Positions 54,037 through 64,000 of a DNA stretch of 64,000 nucleotides are shown piece after piece. Below the pieces are notes generated by a model, which was not told the DNA's origin, ran no database searches, and saw nothing but the letters and a program-made list of their open reading frames with translations. Each line of letters begins with the position of its first letter. Position 1 is the stretch's first letter. The position numbers and the translations under genes are program-made. The stretch comes from Eledone cirrhosa (taxonomy: Eukaryota): contig OZ024753.1 in NCBI GenBank assembly GCA_964016885.1, forward strand, positions 43,214,001 to 43,278,000, read 5' to 3'.

Positions 54037-54867
54037 TATATATATACACACATATATACACGCACGCACGCACACACGAAGGTCTTTTGAATTTCCTGTC
54101 TACCAATTACCACTCACAAGGCATTGGTCCAATCAAGGCTACAGTAGAAGACACTTGTCCTAAGTGTTGGGCAGTGAGACAGAACCCAGAAATAATTTGG
54201 GGGTCTTCAGATATGCAAACTTTGTGTGCATCCATCCCAAACCTCAAAGGAAATATTGCAAGCCCATCGATGGAGACTGCAATATATTTTTCAAATAGGC
54301 CTCTCTACCTTGAATGTCTCAAAATCCTTTACTGCTGTTGGTCCAGGGTTGCTGATTCATCCAGCAAGAACCTGTTTATATTGTAACTATCATATATGGT
54401 GGCCATATTGCTATCTGCCACATATCACCCATTCTATAGCAGAACATTTCTACAGAGCACACATATAGTTCACTATTGTAAATCATATTCCTACTCCACC
54501 ACCTTCTCTTCCACCTCTTCTTCCCCTCCTCTTCCTACCCCCCCCTTCTCCTTCCTCTCTATCCAACTCGACATACAAAATAAAATAGGTATCGACTAAG
54601 TATTGTTTTGTATTTGAGAATCTGTGAAACTGCTCCTGTTTAGAGTTGGACCAGTTGAATATTTAACGAGATATAGCCGAGAGGAAGAGTATGGATGCTT
54701 TTCCTGATTGGAATTTTTCAAATGCTTTTATTTAATCTCTTCTGTCTCCTGTCTTAATCGATGTCACGCTACGGTCCAGTTCAGGGATCAATCATGGAGA
54801 CATTCTTTTATCTTTTTTTTTTCTTTCTAACACTCTTCATCGATTACCCCTGCTTCTTCACCATTTA

Positions 54868-55335
54868 TGCTGCTGCTACTACTGATCTTGCTGCTGCTGC
54901 TACTGCTGATCTTGCTGCTAATGCTGCTGCTGCTGCTGCTGCTGCTGATCTTGCTGCTACTGCTGCTGCTACTGCTGATCTTGCTGCTACTGCTGCTGCT
55001 ACTGCTGCTACTGATCTTGCTGCTACTGCTGCTGCTGATCTTGCTGCTACTGCTGCTGCTACTGCTGATCTTGCTGCTACTGCTGCTGCTACTGCTGATC
55101 TTGCTGCTACTGCTGCTACTGATCTTGCTGTTACTGCTGCTACTGATCTTGCTGCTGCTGCTACTGCTGATCTTGCTGCTACTGCTGCTGCTACTGCTGC
55201 TGCTGATCTTGCTGCTACTGCTGCTGCTACTGCTGATCTTGCTGCTACTGCTGCTGCTACTGCTACTGATCTTGCTGCTGCTGATCTTGCTGTTGCTGCT
55301 GCTGATCTTCCTGTTGCTGCTGCTGTTGCTGCAGC
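54868..55335. repeat. (CTG/CTA)n repeat punctuated by gatctt
   Basis: Direct inspection. Confidence 0.9.
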
Positions 55336-55395
55336 CATTGATGTTAACAACTGAAGTTTTTCTTGCCAATACTACTTCCACCAATGACCAGTAAA

Positions 55396-55427
<32 letters not shown>

Positions 55428-55437
55428 GATAGATAGT

Positions 55438-55812
55438 AAAACCTACTACAGTCAGTAGGCATCTCTAACAAAATACACCCCCGTCCCACCACCCCCACCC
55501 CATCCACACCGCCCTTTTCAATGTAAAGTTATGTTGGTGCCACACCATCCAGGCCGAAACAAATGAGGTCGTGTAGGTGTCACGACAAAAAAACCCACAG
55601 TCCATGCTGTAATGTGGCCGTGTAGGTAACACGGTAAAAACCTCCCAGTCCCACACTGTAAATGTGGTTGGTGTTAGGAAGGGCATCCAGCTGTAGAAAA
55701 CCCGCCAGACAGTCCTATGCGAACAATGACAACCACTCTTGCCTCAAGTGGGAAAACTCCCGTCCAAACCCATGCAAGCGTGGAACATGGACGTTAAACG
55801 ATGATGATGATG
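55438..55812 (+). mobile_element. SINE-like family C copy
   Basis: Colinear with 48919-49345. Confidence 0.75.
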
Positions 55813-56362
55813 AGATATATCAACTAGAAATTGATTGACATATATATATATATTTATAAAATAAACATATGAAACAATCACAGGGGATAATTTGTAAAGA
55901 GTGTAATCACACTCAGCTAGGTAGGTAACTAATTAAAGTTTAACTAGAACTTCAAATATAGATAACTTTTTAGAAATGATTAATCTCCTTTGTATATATT
56001 TCATTAAATAAAGAAATATATTTCACCATCAATCAGTAGATCACTGTAGTCAAATCCTGGATTGTCAGCAAAGGAGAAGATTTAACTATCTGTGTTTACA
56101 CAGCAAATGCAAATCTGTGAATGACCCGAAGCACGTGTTGCATTGTTTATAAAAAAATACACACATCGTACCAGCGTCATCCCAGTGGCGTGAATAGGAT
56201 TATCGACAGCTAGAAATAGAAGCCGAGTCCTTTCAACTGAGTTAGCTCTCCAATTAAGGAGCCGTATATGTAACCAAAATAAAATTAAGGGTGTCATGTC
56301 TGAGGGACATGCGCCATACCTCTTGCAAGCAGGGAAAAGCGGACGTAAAATGATGATATATC

Positions 56363-56421
<59 letters not shown>

Positions 56422-57485
56422 TGGCAAAATATTCAGTAAACAAAAATGTTCTCTGCCAGCACAAGTTCCTCATAAACAATTAAAATCATAATTATGATAC
56501 AAATTATTGAAAAATTGCTATCATATTTTATTTCTTTTGTATTTTTTTTTTTACAAAGAATATTTAAAAACTGTTTTAAAATTTTTTACTTATTTATCTG
56601 ATCTAATAAAATGATCAGCCAATACATTGATTTTTAGTATTGGTTTAAATTGTTATTCTTTCTCTCTCTTACCATCTTACCATTCTAGTAAGCTGTGTTG
56701 CTGCTTATATTTTTAGTAGCTATATAATTCAAATGTTTACATCAATTTATGTCAAAGACCAACTGAAGTCAAAAAGTCAACAAGTTTCAATCTCTACCCC
56801 TCTCTCTCTCATACATACACACATACATACACACACACATACATACACACACATACACACACATACATACACATACATACACATACATACACATATACAT
56901 ACATACACACACATACATACACATATACATACACACACATACATACACACACATACATACACACACATACATACACATACACACACATACATACACATAC
57001 ACACACGCATACATGCATACACTTACACATGCACATACTCACATACACACTTGCAAACACACTCACATATACACACAAACACACTCATACACCCACACAC
57101 ACACATCGATCAAGTTTTCGAACAAATATATTTTTGCAAAATTCCCTCAAAAAATAAATAAATAATAACAATAATAATAATAACAATAATAACAATAACA
57201 ATAACAATAACGATAACAATAATAACAACAACAATAATAACAATAACAATAACAATGATAATAATGATGATAAAATGAAAATAAAATACCAATAAGTAAA
57301 AAAATAAGTAGAAAAATAAGAGCTAATGAAAAAACTATAGAGCAAATGCAATTAAAGGAAGACCCCCTCCCCTCCCCCAATCTCCTCCTCCTCCTTCTCT
57401 CCCCCTCCCCCTCCTACTGAAATCTAATTTGTTTTTAATTTCACTATTTCCTCATTTAGTTTATTGGTTAACTTTTATTTGTGTC

Positions 57486-58490
57486 ACTACAGGTATGTTG
57501 TAGTAGCAGTTGTAGTATAGCTGCTACTACCACACTACTGTATCCTATACTATCACACTACTAAAGCCTAGACTACACGTATGTGGTAGTAGCAGCTGTA
57601 GTATAGCTGCTACTACCACACTACTGTAGCCTATACTATCACACTACTATAGCCTAGACTACAGGTATGTTGTAGTAGCAGTTGTAGTATAGCTGCTACT
57701 ACCACACTACTGTATCCTATACTATCACACTACTATAGCCTAGACTACAGGTATGTGGTAGTAGCAGCTGTAGTATAGCTGCTACTACCACACTACTGTA
57801 GCCTATACTATCACACTACTATAGCCTAGACTACAGGTATGTGGTAGTAGCAGCTGTAGTATAGCCTAGACTATCACAGTAGTATAGCCTAGACTATCAC
57901 AGTAGTATAGCCTAGACTATCACAGTAGTATAGCCTAGACTATCACAGTAGTATAGCCTAGACTATCACAGTAGTATAGCCTAGACTATCACAGTAGTAT
58001 AGCCTAGACTATCACAGTAGTATAGCCTAGACTATCACAGTAGTATAGCCTAGACTATCACAGTAGTATAGCCTAGACTATCACAGTAGTATAGCCTAGA
58101 CTATCACAGTAGTATAGCCTAGACTATCACAGTAGTATAGCCTAGACTATCACAGTAGTATAGCCTAGACTATCACAGTAGTATAGCCTAGACTATCACA
58201 GTAGTATAGCCTAGACTATCACAGTAGTATAGCCTAGACTATCACAGTAGTATAGCCTAGACTATCACAGTAGTATAGCCTAGACTATCACAGTAGTATA
58301 GCCTAGACTATCACAGTAGTATAGCCTAGACTACAGGTATGTTGTAGTAGCAGCTATAGTATAGTAGCAGCTAGACTACCACACTACTATAGCCTAGACT
58401 ACCACACTACTATAGCTTAGACTACCACAATACTATAGCTTAGACTACCACAATACTATAGCCTAGACTACTACATTACTATAGCCACCA
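57486..58490. repeat. Compound satellite: self-complementary units of about 85 bp, then a 23-bp unit (agtagtatagcctagactatcac)
   Basis: Direct inspection. Confidence 0.9.
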
Positions 58491-59128
58491 CTACCACATT
58501 GGTGGCAATGTGAACAATTGTGGTGGTAGTGTCAACAATAGCAGTGGTGGTGGTGTAGGTAGTGTCAACAGTAGCTGTAGTGGTGGTGGTGTAGGTAGTG
58601 TCAACAATAGCAGTGGTGGTTGTGTAGCAGCGGTGGTGGTGTAGGTAGTGTCAACAATAGCAGTGGTGGTTGTGTAGCAGCGGTGGTGGTGTAGGTAGTG
58701 TCAACTGTAGTGGTGGTGGTGGTGTAGGTAGTGTCAACAGTAGCTGTAGTGGTGTAGGTGCTGGTAGTTTCATTCCCTCTATTGTAAGAGTGTTTTCCCC
58801 CCACCAAAGCAGCTAACTGTTATTATCATGAAACATATTTATGTGGACTTTAAATCTTTAGCTGTGAATACGTCGTAGATTTTATATTTTAAAACTATAT
58901 AATTAATAAATGTTGTATTTGTTGGGAAGAAATCTTTTCTGAATAAACATATAAACATACTTTAATTATCCCTTCAATGAGAATAAATAAAATTATTAAT
59001 ATATATTTGGTTTATATATTTACCGTAGATGCTATTTAGAAAGCAAACTGTCAAATTATACCTTGTTTTTGTCTGTAAAGTTGAAATATTATCATGTCGC
59101 TCATGTTGTTAACTCTTATAATATGGTA

Positions 59129-59840
59129 ATGGTTTGACAGAGGTGGTAAGGTGGCAGAGATGTTATGGTGTCGGATAGAATGGTTTGACAGAGGTGGTAA
59201 GGTGGCAGAGATGTTATGGTGTCAGATAGAATGGTTTGACAGAGGTGGGTAAGGTGGCAGAGTTGTTATGGTGTCAGATAGAATGGTTTGACAGAGGTGG
59301 GTAAGGTGGCAGAGTTGTTATGGTGTCAGATAGAATGGTTTGACAGAGGTGGTAAGGTGGCAGAGTTGTTACGGCATTAGAGTGGTTTAACAGAGGTGGT
59401 AAGGTAGCAGAGTTGTTACGGCGTTAGAATGGTTTAACAGAGATGGTAAGGTAGCAGAGTTGTTACAGCGTTAGAATGGTTTAACAGAGATGGTAAGGTG
59501 GCAGAGTTGTTACAGCGTTAGAATGGTTTAACAGAGATGGTAAGGTGGCAGAGTTGTTACAGCGTTAGAATGGTTTAACAGAGATGGTAAGGTGGCAGAG
59601 TTGTTACAGCGTTAGAATGGTTTAACAGAGATGGTAAGGTGGCAGAGTTGTTACAGCGTTAGAATGGTTTAACAGAGATGGTAAGGTAGCAGAGTTGTTA
59701 TGGCATCAGATAGAAATCTTTACTGTATTCATTCTAGGCCCCTCATGCCGTGTTCTGAATTTAAATCCTGCTGAGGTCAATGTTATTTTTCATCCTTTCG
59801 AGGTCTATAAAATACCAGCCCACAGTATTAGGGGTAGATT
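59129..59840 (+). mobile_element. SINE A-related copy with flank plus head amplified as a 45-52 bp tandem
   Basis: About 12 units of atggtttaacagagatggtaaggtggcagagttgttacagcgttaga, then a SINE body (ttcatcctttcgaggtc...aaataccag). Confidence 0.7.
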
Positions 59841-60097
59841 CTCTCCGTCTCACTCTCTACCACATTCTCTCTGTCTCACTCTCTACCACATTCTCTCCGT
59901 CTCACTCTCTACCACATTCTCTCCGTCTCACTCTCTACCACATTCTCTCCGTCTTTTAAAGAAACTAGCCTAAGTCTACTTAGAGAATGGTCTCGGCCAG
60001 TTTTAAGTACCAATGTCATGACAGTACTTTTACCACTCCATTGGTCAATAGCATAAACTTTGTTTTCCATCTGATCTGAAAGTAGTCTTTTCTCAGG

Positions 60098-60295
60098 TCA
60101 TCTTGGCTGTTGATTCTCATCTCATCTTGGCTGTTGATTCTCATCTCATCTTGGCTGTTGATTCTCATCTCATCTTGGCTGCTGATTCTCATCTCATCTT
60201 GGCTGCTGATTCTCATCTCATCTTGGCTGCTGATTCTCATCTCATCTTGGCTGCTGATTCTCATCTCATCTTGGCTGCTGATTCTCATCTCATCT
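60098..60295. repeat. Minisatellite, 24 bp unit
   Basis: catcttggctgctgattctcatct, about 8 copies. Confidence 0.95.
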
Positions 60296-60318
60296 TTCTG
60301 TCTTTGTCTAGTTTTTAA

Positions 60319-60526
60319 CCCTATACCATTTACATTACTCTATATTTACTATTGTATTTTCACAGATAAGTCTTTATCTCACATAATATTGAATCTATGC
60401 AATTTTGATGTTATTTATTTTGAGACCAATACCTTAACATCAATAGGAGTGGCCAGTTACAGCCAGTTTGATCAGAAAGAGGTGAGAGAATTCTGGCCTG
60501 ATATGGCCGGTTTAAATGCTAAAGGG
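60319..60526. mobile_element. piggyBac-like MITE family P1
   Basis: TTAA-ccctataccattt ... aaatgctaaaggg-TTAA. Confidence 0.7.
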
Positions 60527-61684
60527 TTAAAATATTTTTACAAATTTTAGCAATAATTAAGCTTTTGACACCAATCCTCTGACACCAACCCTCTGAAGAC
60601 CAACAAAAGCACCCATTTTAAAGGGTTCTTATTTAAATTTAAATCATACAATGTATTTTCATGCAAGAACCTTATATTAAGTTACTATTTTAATAATGAA
60701 ATAATTAATAGCTTTAGTGAATACCTCAAGATTTTTAATTAATCAATTAAAATACATGGTTCCTATTTAATTAAAATCTTCCAACATAATTTTATATAAG
60801 AACCATACGTTAAGTTAACATCTTAGCAATGAAATAATTAATAATTTTAGTACATCCTTCAAAATTCTTCATTAATTAATTGAAATACAAGGTTTCTGTT
60901 TAAATTAAAATCTTCCAGCATAATTTTATATACGAAACATATGTTAATATGTTAGTCATGAAATAATTAATAAGTTTAGTAAACCCTTCAAAATTCTTCA
61001 TTAATTAATCGATATGGTGTATTTCATTAGAAATATGGTCACAAACTGGTTATAGTGAACTAAATAACTCGTTATACAAAGAGTTTGTTGTTTGAACTAA
61101 AATCCACAGAATACCCTTGATTAATTCCTGCAGAATTGATTAGTTATTTTTATATTCTATTTTTATTTAATTTTATTTAATGAGGTATAATAGTTTGCTT
61201 GAAGCATTGTGGAGTATGAAACTGAAATGTTTGTTTGTATAGAAAGCCATAGAAGTATGATGATGAAAGGAGTAACATGTTTATATTTATCTAAGAACCT
61301 TTGTTATGTTATGTTCCGAACGCCAGCTCTATAATGAGAAAGTTAGTTGTATTACTAAATTCCTCAAAAATCTTCATTATTTTCAAAATTTGAAAATTAT
61401 CAACAGTTTTTCATTAGAAATATGATAATGAAATGGTTAATTCAATATATGTATTATGAAAGACCTTTCAAGGATGGATACTTTACTAACAAGATGAATT
61501 GAAACATCTTGAAGCAATTTAGAAGATAGAATGTAAATAATTGGTCAGCAGAGGAATCAATTATGATAGTTCAGCATTTGATCATTAGTAATTTAATTAT
61601 TTGTCAAGAGGAAGAACATTTGTGTTCATTAACTTCTTAATGGTATTACCTGTTAGCCACGCTTATGTAGATCTATCGAAAATA

Positions 61685-62160
61685 GATAGCTGCTGTTTGA
61701 GTGATTAGCAGTAAACCAGTTCCAGGACTCCTCCGATAGCTGCTGTTTGAGTGATTAACAGTAAACCAGTTCCAGGACTCCTCCGATAGCTGCTGTTTGA
61801 GTGATTAACAGTAAACCAGTTCCAGGACTCCTCCGATAGCTGCTTCTATGATTATCAGTAAACCAGTTCCAAGACTCCTTTGATAGTTGCTGTTTGAATG
61901 ATTAGCAGTAAACCAGTTCTAGGACTCCTTGATAGCTACAGTTTGAAATATTAGCAGTAAACCAGTTCTAGGACTCCTTGATAGCTACAGTTTGAAATAT
62001 TAGCAGTAAACCAGTTCTAGGACTCCTTGATAGCTACAGTTTGAAATATTAGCAGTAAACCAGTTCTAGGACTCCTTGATAGCTACAGTTTGAAATATTA
62101 GCAGTAAACCAGTTCTAGGACTCCTTGATAGCTACAGTTTGAAATATTAGCAGTAAACCA
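61685..62160. repeat. Minisatellite, 49-50 bp unit
   Basis: gatagct...gtttga...ttagcagtaaaccagttc.aggactcct, about 10 copies. Confidence 0.95.
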
Positions 62161-63929
62161 TTATAATAATTTCCTGTGATAAAAAATTAATATAATTAAA
62201 CAATTTTATATAAAAGTGTGATCCTTGAAGGTTCCTTAATGCACCTTACCTCACTGAGGTCTACACCCTAATCAGCTCCCAAGTTGGCCTGATGGTAACA
62301 CCATCCCTGCATAAAACTGTGATTATTTTAGGTCCATTAATGAACCTCACCTTACCTCACTGAAGTCTACATATACCCCAGTCAGCTCCCAAGTTGGCCT
62401 GATAGCCTAATGTTAATGCCAACCCTTATTCTTATTATGAGCTAGGTAAACCAAACCAAGGTAATGGAGAATAAAATGTTCCTGCAAAATGTTAATTAAA
62501 TGCTTGCAGCAGATTAAAACTCATGATTTATGAGTAGAAAGCTTAATGTCATTTGATCCTTTCACTTCTGTATTCAGCCTTGTATGCTAAAAATAATGTT
62601 TTCTTCCAGAATATGAAGAAGAAACAAAAATAGGAAAAAAAACCCAAAATTACTAAAGAATGACAGACTTGAAATATTAATATGCTTATTAATATAATCA
62701 ATGGTAGTGTAGACGGGTGTAACAGAGAGAAACAAGCTTTACAGAACGCTACCATTATTTAGTGTTTTGCCAATATTTTTTGTGCATTGTGATTATTAGT
62801 TTATTTGTCTCAGAGTAAGAACATATTCCAATATATCAATATTTCCACGTTAACAGATTCATACAGATTGATCTGTTCTTATCGTGCTGCACCACTATAT
62901 AGATATATATTCAATGTTCTAAAGTTAACCTCCTTCATTATCATATTTCTAATGACAGACGCTGCCTATGATTTTCAAATCATTTTCAAAAATAGGCAAG
63001 AATTTAGAGGGATTTAGTTATATAACTTCTTTTTTGTTATTTAGCTGGTATTTGGAACATAACTTAACCAAGGTTCTTACATAAATTTATTTATAATAAT
63101 ATAATAATGAAATTATTGTGTAAAGTGCTCAGGAGGTTTTTAAATGAGGACTTGTCAGCAGGGAAAACGGATGTAAAATGATTAAGCATCAAAATTTCCG
63201 TTTTCTTTCATTGTTCAACACATATAAATATAAATACTTTAAAATAAACAGTTTATTATCGTAGAAACAGGGAGAGATTCAGGTGGTTTGGTATCAAAAG
63301 GGTTAAGTTGGTGTTTGGAACATAACTTAACAAAGGTTCTTACATAGAACTAATGATGGAAGGTTTTTTTTTTTTAGATAAATATAAACACTTTAAAATA
63401 GTTTATTATCGTAGACACAAGTGGTTGTTTAGTATCAAAAGAGTTAAGCATTAAACATTGTGACATTCTTAATCCATTAGACTTTCAGCTTTCTGTTTGT
63501 CATTTCTATTATTGTTAGCCATCAGCAATGATACCTATTATTATAAGATCCACTCACTTCTGTCTATCTCTCTTTTATCTCTGCTTGCTCTAAGCCTGGC
63601 TATTTTGGCTAGTTTCGCTATGACTACTACAAGTATGATCCATTAACAGTAAAAATAGTGTCAGAGAAGAAGCTTTGAATGACTGAAAATAATATAAAAC
63701 CATTAACTTTCACAACATGTTCTTCAGTCATGCAGTTCATGCAACATTATTTCTCTTTCCAAAATAGATTTTAAATTGATTAATTTAATGATCTGAAATA
63801 TGCCCTTGACCTAAGAACAAACAAACAAAAAAATAATGAAAGGGTTAGGTGTATCTCTCTGCATTAACTCCCTACCCTTCTATTTTTAATGTTTACTAAT
63901 ACAACACCTTGGTCCAGGGGTCATGATAA

Positions 63930-64000
63930 TAATTGTTTCTACTTTTGGCACAAGGCCAGCAATTACCCCCAGTACATTACTGGTACTTTATTTTATCAAC
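63930..64000 (-). mobile_element. SINE A tail, running off the window
   Basis: aattgtttctacttttggcacaaggccagc...actggtactttattttatc. Confidence 0.75.

Noticed and set aside
54761-55507. Ala/Thr-rich antifreeze-like ORF and poly-Ser or poly-Leu frames
   Set aside because: CTG/CTA repeat open in several frames on both strands, with no independent coding evidence.
63690-63735. Minus-strand CUGAAGA-ACA/UGU-GAAA
   Set aside because: No stem I or stem III pairing, consistent with a chance match.

Overview
AT-rich, microsatellite-dense animal DNA that looks intronic or intergenic. The tRNA-derived SINEs, RTE-clade LINE tails and long (TA)n tracts resemble a coleoid cephalopod (octopus-like) genome; this is inference, not a database match. 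No host protein-coding gene can be supported, and almost all listed ORFs are repeat artefacts. The main signal is a set of type I hammerhead ribozyme (HHR) motifs of the Penelope-like element (PLE)/retrozyme kind, from about five sequence families, mostly inserted in (TA)n tracts. The best case is an apparently identical 485-bp head-to-tail array (27496-28575, 2.2 units). Each unit carries a complete HHR with a palindromic stem III and an eroded GIY-YIG-like remnant, which fits a retrozyme-like element copied from a circular RNA. A second HHR family (30231-30295, and both arms of a 337-bp palindrome at 39242-39578) shows stem II covariation. Several other HHR-bearing fragments form fold-back palindromes centred in or near the ribozyme. 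The rest is SINEs, MITEs, LINE fragments and many satellites, several of which arose inside transposons.
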